Positions 29,550 to 46,417 are shown, counted from the first letter of the stretch. The stretch is 64,000 nt of DNA from Eledone cirrhosa (GCA_964016885.1 OZ024743.1:244652001-244716000); one strand, 5' to 3'. Made by a program: numbers and translations. The notes: generated by a model not told the origin, from the sequence alone.

Positions 29550-29766
29550 TGATGGGAGCTAAGATGCTTCCATAGTCGGTATGCTGGTTGAGCACTCTAT
29601 GCAGGTTCGACGGACACGTCTAATGATTTCGGAGCATATTCTCTTAGTGAGAGAAAATGCTCCGAAATCACTAGACGTGTCCGTCGAACCTGCTGCTCCA
29701 GAATCAGACAGATCCACACAATGATCACGTCTCGAGGTGTCCACCGACGAAACAATTGTAACACAC
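29543..29766 (+). ncRNA. Hammerhead-like motif with ~190-nt stem II domain
   Basis: gtgtgt-CTGATGG-(~190 nt including a ~44-bp hairpin at 29601-29693)-GAAA-CAATTG-TA-acacac; core variant. Confidence 0.4.
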
Positions 29767-29806
29767 AATAAATTGAGTTCAGATACATCAGCCATTTTTC
29801 GTTTTC

Positions 29807-29842
<36 letters not shown>

Positions 29843-29847
29843 AAGTG

Positions 29848-29965
29848 AGTCCTTCATCAGTGACCCTCCAACCGTCCTCGGCATTTCATCGCTTTAAGGG
29901 CCATATGCCTCAGGTTGGTGCGAACAACGGCTAAAAAAAGTCGTTGGGACACGTAAATAAAGGGG
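29848..29965 (-). repeat. PLE-like terminal repeat with hammerhead-like motifs; copy at 31088-31195
   Basis: ccaac-CTGAGGY-...-GAAA...gttgg followed by a second CTGATGA, in both copies. Confidence 0.45.
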
Positions 29966-30194
29966 GACGCTAGAGTAACAACAAAAGGGTTTAAGCAACG
30001 GAAAGTGAGTAGAAATAGACAAGTCCCAGATCTCTATGAATATAAACTCTGTGAAATCGTGAACAAGAGACGAAAGACCATCGAACCTGGTAGAAATGTG
30101 AGCAAGGAAAGAATTTCGCCCAAGTTTGACGGGGGGGGGGGGGGAGGGAAGAGAGAGAGAGAGAAAGAAAAAGGAGAGAAGAGGAAGAAGAAGA

Positions 30195-30245
<51 letters not shown>

Positions 30246-30507
30246 ATACATTAACAGAGAAAGCTTTAAGCAATACTCCGACCGACTTCCGTCTCACTCA
30301 ACAAACATTAGGATATACCTTAGTATAATCCCAATTATACGTTTGGGGTGCTAACTATAAGTATTTTACGGATAGCCAGTTGTATTATTTTATATGAGAC
30401 ATAATTAAATACATCCGTAGAAGGGGTATTTAATTTGTTGGAAGTCCGACAAATATAAATGTTTATAACTGATTTAGAGCACTCAACAGTTTACTGGAGT
30501 AAATATT

Positions 30508-30647
30508 CAATGATATTGAATAAATGGAAACTATATTTATAAAACCATATTTATTTTATTATGTATATTTCAAGGGTACCCTTAAAATATATATAATAAA
30601 ATAAATATGGTTTTATAAATATAGTTTCCATTTATTTAATATCATTG
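30508..30647. repeat. Fold-back palindrome (~70-bp arms)
   Basis: Centre AAGGGTACCCTT; the arm sequence recurs 3' of the hammerhead at 42648-42692. Confidence 0.8.
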
Positions 30648-30730
30648 TATATATATATATTAGAAAGTGAGGTTTTTTACAAAATGAAAAATAACCGAGG
30701 TGTCCTACACGAGTGAAAGTATAAAGAAAA

Positions 30731-31011
30731 AAAGATGAAATCGAAAATGCAATTGGAGTCTTATTTTAAAAAATATATATATATTTATTTGGTTCCTTTA
30801 CCGGTTTCGCAGTTCTTCTGCTTTTCAAAAGTAGAGTTGAGATGGAGGGTCTGTGGTTTTTCTCACATCAGATGTGAGAAAAACCACAGACCCTCCATCT
30901 CAACTCTACTTTTGAAAAGCAGAAGAACTGCGAAACCGGTAAAGGAACCAAATAAATATATATATATATTTTTTTAAATAAGACTCCAGTTGCATTTTCG
31001 ATTTCATCTTT
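30731..31011. repeat. Near-perfect 280-bp palindrome carrying degenerate hammerheads
   Basis: Centre at 30870; each arm has TTGAAAA-gcagaagaactgc-GAAA-CCGG-TA-aagg facing outward. Confidence 0.8.
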
Positions 31012-31380
31012 AAATATATATATATATGAAAAACAGGGGGAGAAGAATACTGCATGGTTGCACATGGATTACATATTATAAAATTAGTCCCTCATCAGTG
31101 ATTTGCCAACGATCATTGGTATTTCATCGCATTAAAAATCATATACCTCAGGTTGGTGCGAGCAATAACTAAAATAAGCTATTGGGACAAGTGAGTCGCA
31201 TAAAGCGAGTGAGACAAGTAAACAACAAAGAAGGAAAAGCTAACCGAAGATAGGAAGAAAAACAAGCAACATGGTTATCCGATCAGCATAAGCTGGGTGA
31301 ATTTCATGAGCGCTCAGAAAACAGACCTTTCGCTGTGAATGGGATATTAGAAAGAAAGAATCCCACTCCTAGCGAACGGG

Positions 31381-34903
<3,523 letters not shown>

Positions 34904-34906
<3 letters not shown>

Positions 34907-37900
34907 TATGTGCTTTTACGATTCTCTAGAAAGGCCGGAAGATAGGTAAATATTGCTGATGAGATGTAACAACATCGAAACTAGTTCAATATTCCTTGTC
35001 TGGCTTTCTGGAGAATAGAGGAAAGGTGTTTCCTCAAAAACCAGTATGACTCTAAAAACCGGCTTGTCTGTGTGTTTACATACAGAATAGCTGGACACTC
35101 ACAGTAAAGTGACCAGTGAAAAACTCGGTACATCTACATATGTATACGTGTGTGTATTCATATGCATACTAGTATTTCAGTATACATATGTGGATGTACA
35201 TTTTTAACTTAATTGTTTAAGCGTCAGTCATACAAAAGTGAGTTACAAACGAAACAAAATTTAATTTCGTTTCGTTATTTGTTTTTATCGTCTCCGTTGA
35301 ACCGGTACGTACTCACGCTGTATGCAAATTAGTCTGCCCACTACTAATTTTCATAGAAAAAGCATATAACGATATGTGCTTTTACGATTCTCTAGAAAGG
35401 CCGGAAGATAGGTAAATATTGCTGATGAGATGTAACAACATCGAAACTAGTTCAATATTCCTTGTCTGGCTTTCTGGAGAATAGAGGAAAGGTGTTTCCT
35501 CAAAAACCAGTATGACTCTAAAAACCGGCTTGTCTGTGTGTTTACATACAGAATAGCTGGACACTCACAGTAAAGTGACCAGTGAAAAACTCGGTACATC
35601 TACATATGTATACGTGTGTGTATTCATATGCATACTAGTATTTCAGTATACATATGTGGATGTACATTTTTAACTTAATTGTTTAAGCGTCAGTCATACA
35701 AAAGTGAGTTACAAACGAAACAAAATTTAATTTCGTTTCGTTATTTGTTTTTATCGTCTCCGTTGAACCGGTACGTACTCACGCTGTATGCAAATTAGTC
35801 TGCCCACTACTAATTTTCATAGAAAAAGCATATAACGATATGTGCTTTTACGATTCTCTAGAAAGGCCGGAAGATAGGTAAATATTGCTGATGAGATGTA
35901 ACAACATCGAAACTAGTTCAATATTCCTTGTCTGGCTTTCTGGAGAATAGAGGAAAGGTGTTTCCTCAAAAACCAGTATGACTCTAAAAACCGGCTTGTC
36001 TGTGTGTTTACATACAGAATAGCTGGACACTCACAGTAAAGTGACCAGTGAAAAACTCGGTACATCTACATATGTATACGTGTGTGTATTCATATGCATA
36101 CTAGTATTTCAGTATACATATGTGGATGTACATTTTTAACTTAATTGTTTAAGCGTCAGTCATACAAAAGTGAGTTACAAACGAAACAAAATTTAATTTC
36201 GTTTCGTTATTTGTTTTTATCGTCTCCGTTGAACCGGTACGTACTCACGCTGTATGCAAATTAGTCTGCCCACTACTAATTTTCATAGAAAAAGCATATA
36301 ACGATATGTGCTTTTACGATTCTCTAGAAAGGCCGGAAGATAGGTAAATATTGCTGATGAGATGTAACAACATCGAAACTAGTTCAATATTCCTTGTCTG
36401 GCTTTCTGGAGAATAGAGGAAAGGTGTTTCCTCAAAAACCAGTATGACTCTAAAAACCGGCTTGTCTGTGTGTTTACATACAGAATAGCTGGACACTCAC
36501 AGTAAAGTGACCAGTGAAAAACTCGGTACATCTACATATGTATACGTGTGTGTATTCATATGCATACTAGTATTTCAGTATACATATGTGGATGTACATT
36601 TTTAACTTAATTGTTTAAGCGTCAGTCATACAAAAGTGAGTTACAAACGAAACAAAATTTAATTTCGTTTCGTTATTTGTTTTTATCGTCTCCGTTGAAC
36701 CGGTACGTACTCACGCTGTATGCAAATTAGTCTGCCCACTACTAATTTTCATAGAAAAAGCATATAACGATATGTGCTTTTACGATTCTCTAGAAAGGCC
36801 GGAAGATAGGTAAATATTGCTGATGAGATGTAACAACATCGAAACTAGTTCAATATTCCTTGTCTGGCTTTCTGGAGAATAGAGGAAAGGTGTTTCCTCA
36901 AAAACCAGTATGACTCTAAAAACCGGCTTGTCTGTGTGTTTACATACAGAATAGCTGGACACTCACAGTAAAGTGACCAGTGAAAAACTCGGTACATCTA
37001 CATATGTATACGTGTGTGTATTCATATGCATACTAGTATTTCAGTATACATATGTGGATGTACATTTTTAACTTAATTGTTTAAGCGTCAGTCATACAAA
37101 AGTGAGTTACAAACGAAACAAAATTTAATTTCGTTTCGTTATTTGTTTTTATCGTCTCCGTTGAACCGGTACGTACTCACGCTGTATGCAAATTAGTCTG
37201 CCCACTACTAATTTTCATAGAAAAAGCATATAACGATATGTGCTTTTACGATTCTCTAGAAAGGCCGGAAGATAGGTAAATATTGCTGATGAGATGTAAC
37301 AACATCGAAACTAGTTCAATATTCCTTGTCTGGCTTTCTGGAGAATAGAGGAAAGGTGTTTCCTCAAAAACCAGTATGACTCTAAAAACCGGCTTGTCTG
37401 TGTGTTTACATACAGAATAGCTGGACACTCACAGTAAAGTGACCAGTGAAAAACTCGGTACATCTACATATGTATACGTGTGTGTATTCATATGCATACT
37501 AGTATTTCAGTATACATATGTGGATGTACATTTTTAACTTAATTGTTTAAGCGTCAGTCATACAAAAGTGAGTTACAAACGAAACAAAATTTAATTTCGT
37601 TTCGTTATTTGTTTTTATCGTCTCCGTTGAACCGGTACGTACTCACGCTGTATGCAAATTAGTCTGCCCACTACTAATTTTCATAGAAAAAGCATATAAC
37701 GATATGTGCTTTTACGATTCTCTAGAAAGGCCGGAAGATAGGTAAATATTGCTGATGAGATGTAACAACATCGAAACTAGTTCAATATTCCTTGTCTGGC
37801 TTTCTGGAGAATAGAGGAAAGGTGTTTCCTCAAAAACCAGTATGACTCTAAAAACCGGCTTGTCTGTGTGTTTACATACAGAATAGCTGGACACTCACAG

Positions 37901-39879
37901 TAAAGTGACCAGTGAAAAACTCGGTACATCTACATATGTATACGTGTGTGTATTCATATGCATACTAGTATTTCAGTATACATATGTGGATGTACATTTT
38001 TAACTTAATTGTTTAAGCGTCAGTCATACAAAAGTGAGTTACAAACGAAACAAAATTTAATTTCGTTTCGTTATTTGTTTTTATCGTCTCCGTTGAACCG
38101 GTACGTACTCACGCTGTATGCAAATTAGTCTGCCCACTACTAATTTTCATAGAAAAAGCATATAACGATATGTGCTTTTACGATTCTCTAGAAAGGCCGG
38201 AAGATAGGTAAATATTGCTGATGAGATGTAACAACATCGAAACTAGTTCAATATTCCTTGTCTGGCTTTCTGGAGAATAGAGGAAAGGTGTTTCCTCAAA
38301 AACCAGTATGACTCTAAAAACCGGCTTGTCTGTGTGTTTACATACAGAATAGCTGGACACTCACAGTAAAGTGACCAGTGAAAAACTCGGTACATCTACA
38401 TATGTATACGTGTGTGTATTCATATGCATACTAGTATTTCAGTATACATATGTGGATGTACATTTTTAACTTAATTGTTTAAGCGTCAGTCATACAAAAG
38501 TGAGTTACAAACGAAACAAAATTTAATTTCGTTTCGTTATTTGTTTTTATCGTCTCCGTTGAACCGGTACGTACTCACGCTGTATGCAAATTAGTCTGCC
38601 CACTACTAATTTTCATAGAAAAAGCATATAACGATATGTGCTTTTACGATTCTCTAGAAAGGCCGGAAGATAGGTAAATATTGCTGATGAGATGTAACAA
38701 CATCGAAACTAGTTCAATATTCCTTGTCTGGCTTTCTGGAGAATAGAGGAAAGGTGTTTCCTCAAAAACCAGTATGACTCTAAAAACCGGCTTGTCTGTG
38801 TGTTTACATACAGAATAGCTGGACACTCACAGTAAAGTGACCAGTGAAAAACTCGGTACATCTACATATGTATACGTGTGTGTATTCATATGCATACTAG
38901 TATTTCAGTATACATATGTGGATGTACATTTTTAACTTAATTGTTTAAGCGTCAGTCATACAAAAGTGAGTTACAAACGAAACAAAATTTAATTTCGTTT
39001 CGTTATTTGTTTTTATCGTCTCCGTTGAACCGGTACGTACTCACGCTGTATGCAAATTAGTCTGCCCACTACTAATTTTCATAGAAAAAGCATATAACGA
39101 TATGTGCTTTTACGATTCTCTAGAAAGGCCGGAAGATAGGTAAATATTGCTGATGAGATGTAACAACATCGAAACTAGTTCAATATTCCTTGTCTGGCTT
39201 TCTGGAGAATAGAGGAAAGGTGTTTCCTCAAAAACCAGTATGACTCTAAAAACCGGCTTGTCTGTGTGTTTACATACAGAATAGCTGGACACTCACAGTA
39301 AAGTGACCAGTGAAAAACTCGGTACATCTACATATGTATACGTGTGTGTATTCATATGCATACTAGTATTTCAGTATACATATGTGGATGTACATTTTTA
39401 ACTTAATTGTTTAAGCGTCAGTCATACAAAAGTGAGTTACAAACGAAACAAAATTTAATTTCGTTTCGTTATTTGTTTTTATCGTCTCCGTTGAACCGGT
39501 ACGTACTCACGCTGTATGCAAATTAGTCTGCCCACTACTAATTTTCATAGAAAAAGCATATAACGATATGTGCTTTTACGATTCTCTAGAAAGGCCGGAA
39601 GATAGGTAAATATTGCTGATGAGATGTAACAACATCGAAACTAGTTCAATATTCCTTGTCTGGCTTTCTGGAGAATAGAGGAAAGGTGTTTCCTCAAAAA
39701 CCAGTATGACTCTAAAAACCGGCTTGTCTGTGTGTTTACATACAGAATAGCTGGACACTCACAGTAAAGTGACCAGTGAAAAACTCGGTACATCTACATA
39801 TGTATACGTGTGTGTATTCATATGCATACTAGTATTTCAGTATACATATGTGGATGTACATTTTTAACTTAATTGTTTA
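34904..39879 (+). mobile_element. Retrozyme-like tandem array, right block: ~10.7 x 466-bp units, hammerhead on plus strand
   Basis: Reverse complement of the left block; hammerheads at 34949-34993+466n (11 copies); abuts (TA)n on the right; CGA microhomology at the inversion junction. Confidence 0.85.
34949..34993 (+). ncRNA. Type I hammerhead ribozyme (first of 11 plus-strand copies, period 466)
   Basis: 7-bp stem I, CUGAUGA 34956-34962, 5-bp stem II, GAAA 34977-34980, palindromic AACUAGUU stem III; predicted cleavage after GUU at 34986. Confidence 0.9.
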
Positions 39880-39896
39880 TATATATATATTTATAT

Positions 39897-40424
39897 ATAA
39901 AATACAATATGTAACACACTAGAGAGAGAGAGGGGGGGGAGAGTGTGCCATCAATAAAACAGGGAAACCACCAGTGTATGGAATCTATAACCTATGGAAG
40001 GCAGGATAGACTCACAATAATTAAAAATATAAATTAAAATGCGCATACGCACCTCTATAACTATATAACACATACTGTACTATGCACGCTGTCACATCTC
40101 TCTGCCGCGGGTTGCAGGACGGTTATCTTATATTTTCTTAGCGTTGTCTGGAATGTATCTGCCTTACACACGCTGATGAACCATAGGCGCTTCCATTTCA
40201 GTCAACAATTTCTTGGCGATACAGATCTCTTTGGATTTGTACGTGTGTGTTATATAGTTATAGAGGTGCGTATGAGCATTTTAATTTATATTTTTAATTA
40301 TTATGTGTCTACCCTGCCTTCCATAGGTTATAGATTCCATACACCGGTGGCTCCCCTCTTTTATTGATGGCACACACTCTCTCTCTCTCTCTCTAGTGTT
40401 ACCCTTTCAACATATTGTATTTTA
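39897..40424. mobile_element. Inverted-repeat element (~180-bp arms) with internal hammerhead, PLE-like
   Basis: 39897-40076 inverted at ~40243-40424; acacacg-CTGATGA-...-GATA-cagatct..ggatttg-TA-cgtgtgt at 40166-40248. Confidence 0.6.
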
Positions 40425-40687
40425 AAGAGCTCGGGATTCCTTTTCCTTTGAGCACATAATTTACAGGGAATAACGAGGATCTATGGCTCCGTTAATTTAT
40501 CTTGATAAATATATATATATATGTATGTATCGGACACACGTATCAGATAAATGTAAATCCATCTGATGACATCGCACTCATACTATAGCAACAGATGCAA
40601 CTACAGCACCTTGACTGCATACGGGACGCCATAGAAATAATTATAATGAATAAACGCTTTATATAAACACATCTTTCTTAATGTTAT

Positions 40688-40741
<54 letters not shown>

Positions 40742-40928
40742 CAAGAAATGACGACATGAATGGACCTGTTATTTTTCTCTGTCCGTCGCTTCAACTTTCT
40801 TATTTCTCATTCTTTCTTCCGATAAAGGACTAGCGTCCGAAACGTTAGGACCCTCTTCCTGCTATTTCAAAAGTTAAACTAATATATTCCTTCCATATAC
40901 TGTACTGTCCGTGTTGTTATTTCTGTTT

Positions 40929-41014
<86 letters not shown>

Positions 41015-41235
41015 CGTGCGTGCGTGCGTGTGCGTACGTGTGTGTGTGTTTATGTATGTATATTTAGAGAGAGAGAGAGAGAAAGAGAGGGGAGAGAGAG
41101 AGATATGCAAATATATAGTCTTTTGATATGCCGTTTGTAGGCAACCCATGTCTCACATGTGGCATACACTCTCACCTTGTCTTCATTGTGATTCCTCGCT
41201 TGCACCAAAGACGGTCGCTGAGCCTTCCAAATGAC

Positions 41236-41435
41236 NNNNNNNNNNNNNNNNNNNNNNNNNNNNNNNNNNNNNNNNNNNNNNNNNNNNNNNNNNNNNNNNN
41301 NNNNNNNNNNNNNNNNNNNNNNNNNNNNNNNNNNNNNNNNNNNNNNNNNNNNNNNNNNNNNNNNNNNNNNNNNNNNNNNNNNNNNNNNNNNNNNNNNNNN
41401 NNNNNNNNNNNNNNNNNNNNNNNNNNNNNNNNNNN
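41236..41435. other. Assembly gap (200 N)
   Basis: Run of N. Confidence 1.
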
Positions 41436-41481
41436 TATATAATATTTATATATAAATATTATATATATATTTATATATATA

Positions 41482-41518
<37 letters not shown>

Positions 41519-41541
41519 TTATATATATATATATAAATATT

Positions 41542-41572
<31 letters not shown>

Positions 41573-41960
41573 AATATTATATATATATATAAATATTATA
41601 TATATATATAAATATTATATATATATATAAATATTATATATATATATAAATATTATATATATATAAATATTATATATATATATAAATATTATATATATAT
41701 AAATATTATATATATATATAAATATTATATATATATATAAATATTATATATATAAATATTATATATATATATATATATAAATATTATATATATATATATA
41801 TATATATAAATATTATATATATATATAAATATTATATATATATATATATATATAAATATTATATATATATATATATATATATAAATATTATATATATATA
41901 TATATATAAATATTATATATATATACATATATATAAATATTATATATATATATATATATA

Positions 41961-41997
<37 letters not shown>

Positions 41998-42205
41998 TTA
42001 TATATATATATATATATATATAAATTTTATATATATATATATAAATATTATATATATATATATATATTAATATATATATATATATATTATAAATATTATA
42101 TATATATATATATAAATATTATATACATATATATATAAATATTATATATATATACATATATACATAAATATTATATATATATATATATATATAAATATTA
42201 TATAG
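41436..42205. repeat. (TA)n-derived satellite with recurrent TAAATATTA interruptions
   Basis: Same motif and same downstream ~110 bp as 46418-47288. Confidence 0.85.
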
Positions 42206-42586
42206 AAAGAGAGAGAGAGATAAAGAGAATAAGAGAGATCAGTTTAACATGTTTATTTTGTTACACGTGTTTTACCAGTGGCCAGGCCCCAAACCATTCT
42301 GAATCATATAACTAAATATTATATATATATATATAAATATATATATATATGTATTTCTCTCTCCCATATCTCCTTGTCTCTCTATCTCGCTCTGTTGTTT
42401 TACTTTACATACATCTCTTCATCTTCTTCTTTTTTTATTTACATACATCTCTTCTTCTTCTTCTCATCTTCGTTTTTCTTTCTATATAACTGTCATAACA
42501 GTTTCACTACCAAATCAACTTTTTAAATGGAAGTTGCATTATTATAAGGTATGTCAATAATTATTTATAAAACAGTTTATGTATTG

Positions 42587-42652
42587 TATTTTGTCTGAGG
42601 AAGGCATACCATATTTTTAATATGATATCCCAGAAATATATATAACGAAATA
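42587..42652 (+). ncRNA. Type I hammerhead ribozyme
   Basis: tattttgt-CTGAGGA-(imperfect hairpin)-GAAA-TATATA-TA-acgaaata. Confidence 0.6.
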
Positions 42653-42800
42653 AATATGGTTTTATAAATATAGTTTCCATTTGTTTAATATCGTAAACCT
42701 ACTCCAGAAACTGTTGAGTGCTTTTATATCAGTTATAAAATATTTACTCGTTGTAACCCAACAATCTTAAATAAAACTTTTGCATATATATATATATATA

Positions 42801-42832
<32 letters not shown>

Positions 42833-42833
<1 letters not shown>

Positions 42834-43789
42834 CTAGACATGAAAAATGCGCAAGCTCAAAAGTGCCACAGAATGTTATAATAAACCTTCAAAAGTGTGG
42901 GACTAGAGTTGTTGCTAAAAAATATTGTAATCATTATATATCGTACATTCTGTGGCATCCTTTATAAAAATAGCTTAAACCAACGAAGCCTTTATTTTTA
43001 CGCTATTTCACTTAGTTAATTCTTAGAGTGTAACATATAAAAATATGATTTACAACTATAAAATAAATTAATTAATATAATAACAGAGCTGCGGAGCTGA
43101 AATTTAGGAAATAATGGAGTATCGGATCCTGAGTTGGAGCCAGTCAATTTTTGGCCGACTCCGCAGCCCTGTATAATACATTTCATATTAAAGTTCTTAA
43201 TAAACCTATTTTACACTTCATGCAAATTACCACGAGATATTGATATTAGATATAAGATACAGCGCAATATCTACAGCTGTAAAAGTACGAAAGCGAAGTA
43301 ATAATAAGTGGCTTAAGGTAATTCCAATATGAAAGTTTGTAGTGATAAAAATTTGATAATGCAATACGATTGTTAATATTATAGTTCTATGAAAATGTAA
43401 CAATAGATAACTAAATTATTTTACTATTAGTATATTTAAGAAATTATCATTATAGATTTGATCGTTCATATAAGCATCATATTAAGTTTCAACACAATTA
43501 TTTTGTTACTATGAGTATATGATAATAATATTACGTAATTATTTATAGCTGTTATTACATTAAACATAGATGTATTTATTTTTATATGTTACACTCTAAG
43601 AATTAACTAAGTGAAATAGCGTAAAAATAAAGGCTTCGTTGGTTTAAGCTATTTTTATAAAGGATGCCACAGAATGTACGATATATAATGATTACAATAT
43701 TTTTTAGCAACAACTCTAGTCCCACACTTTTGAAGGTTTATTATAACATTCTGTGGCACTTTTGAGCTTGCGCATTTTTCATGTCTAGT
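42833..43789. repeat. Long inverted repeat (213-bp arms), fold-back/MITE-like
   Basis: 42833-43045 is the reverse complement of 43577-43789, apparently without mismatch. Confidence 0.8.
43084..43171. mobile_element. hAT-type MITE
   Basis: TIRs CAGAGCTGCGGAG / CTCCGCAGCCCTG; 8-bp TSD-like TATAATAA / TATAATAC. Confidence 0.65.
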
Positions 43790-44341
43790 TTAATATTTTT
43801 TTAAGGCAACGCTTGTAATAACTCTAGTTAAACAGGATATATATTAATAATAAATTATCGTTGTAATGTAATTAGATTATGTAATTGTTATTATAAATTA
43901 TCTTATAAATATTAGTGTAAGATGTATAAAAATATTTTCAGACTTTTAATATAAACAACTACAAAAAACAATCAATATTAAATCAATATATTATACATAA
44001 TAGAAAACATAAAATATACAATACAAAAACAAAATATTTACATACAATTGCAATTATCAGTGTATATACATTTTCTTTATATTCCCTGAGCAAATTAATA
44101 AGATTTGTTTTTATTGTACATAATTTGATGACTTGTTGGAGTGTATTAAAAGATAGCAACAATTTGTGATTAAATTGTTATCTTAAGCAACTCACTTTTT
44201 AATAGTTGTTGGCTGAGCGAAATTGTAAAAGCCTATGAGCAAATATAAAAAAAAATACACAAACAACATTTCCTTGTGTTATTACAACATTAGATAAAAT
44301 AATTGAGCAATGTCGTTATATTTTGCTCTTATTGCACATTA

Positions 44342-44512
44342 ATAATGTTTCTATTTTTCGGCACAAATCCATTACGGCAGTCCATTACTGGTACTTTATT
44401 TTATCGAATTAGTAAGTATGAAAGTCGAAGTTAACCTCGGCAGGATTTGAACTTAGAATGCAAAGGACCATAACAATACTGCAAAGCATGGTGTCTGACG
44501 CTCTACCAATAC
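44342..44512 (-). mobile_element. tRNA-derived SINE
   Basis: Diverged copy of the 28441-28620 family. Confidence 0.6.
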
Positions 44513-44903
44513 TTGTGTTGAGCTGGTCATTAATTTATGGTGGTCGTGCGTGGAGTAGAGCAATCGCTAGTTGAAATATTATGAACAAAACATTTTTATT
44601 TGCCGAAGAACATATTTTCAATACTGTTTGTGAATGTGACGAAGGAAATACATTCTGATATGGAACAGTGTACAAAGTGTGTCTGTGAATAACATAATGT
44701 TACCTCATGTTGTTGTCAAGACATAATGGATTTCGTATATCCAGTTAGAAGATGAAACCTAGCCATCTCGGATTAGTTATATTTCATGCCATGTGTAAAC
44801 GTGTTTGAGGATAGCAAAATATGCGCGTTAATTATAATAATTAGTTAATAATATTACAAAATATACCTAATTAAACTCTTTGCTTGAAATTTTATCATTC
44901 TTC

Positions 44904-45016
<113 letters not shown>

Positions 45017-46417
45017 TCTAGTCCTTCGCTCAAGATTAATCTATAAGTTTAGATGTTTGCCTTCGTTTAAGTAAATATTACAGTAAGATTTTTAATATAA
45101 ACAACTACAAAAAACAATTAATATTAAAACGAAAAAATTATCAATGATAAAAGAAGCGGATGCAACTTTTTTTTTTATAAAGTTATATTCCTGTTTCTTT
45201 AAAGAACATTTCATTTTTGTTCTATTGTAGGCGAAATAATGCAATGGTTTAATAGGGAAGATATAACTTACGAATTATGTCTCTAACCGTGTAACGCTTT
45301 TTAAGTAGATAACTACAATTGAAAATACTAAAGAAATGGAACCAACAATTCAATTTGAAAGTCGTCTAGTGACAGTGTATTACTGGTACTTTATTTTATC
45401 GACCCCGTAACGATGAAAGGCAAAAATGCAAATGCTTAAAATTTAAATTGCCTTAATTCTATCGTCTGCTGTTTCATTAAAGGGAGATTATCGTCTGTAT
45501 TTAATTCTATCGTCTACTGTTCCACTAAACAGATATACCTCCACTATCGTCTCTATTTATACATTTTAACTTATAACTTATACACATTTGATTTGAAATA
45601 TTTTATCTAGTCCCCCCTCTCAATATTATGATGATTTCTTTCGAATGAAACAGTTCTAGTCCTGTAGAAGCCATTTATATATATAATTGAACTGAGTTAA
45701 AAATTCACAATATTTATAATTAAATAAGCTCATATATATATGTGTGTATTTATCTGTTTATTGTATTATATATAATGTGTGTATATACAGGATGTCCCCC
45801 AAAAATATATACACACTTCAACAGCATTCTAATAACTATTGCCTGTACAGGTAATCAAAGTGTCAATCGAATGTTAGTTTCGTGTTTTAACAGTACAAAT
45901 TTACAATACACACATAAAACCAGTGTATATACATACATGAGTGTGTATACACATACATGAATGTGTATATACAATATATATGTATATATATATAGACACA
46001 TATATTCACGGTGCAACGGTACATTAAAATATAGATGCGGGAGAGGGGGGGTGTATATATAGGGGCGCTGGGGATAAAGGAGTGTAAAGCGTGTGTAATT
46101 GATATATTGAAGGAGAGGAGCGTGCAGCGATAGAGTAACAAATATATAGAGAGGGGGAGAGATGGTATTGAAGGGGAGGAGTGCAAAGCGAAAGAGTAAG
46201 AGATATATATAGAGACGGAACAGATAGAGAGAAACAGGCGTAAGTAACAGTGGAAGAGATATAGAGAGAGGTACTCTGATTGGTTGAAAATTAGCCAATG
46301 ACATACGATCACCACCACCACGGCTATCCCCGAAAAATTTTTAAAGAAGCTAGGCATATATGTTAAGAACACGAAAAGTGAACATTCTGTTGTTTCACAC
46401 TTTTCGTGTTCTAACAG

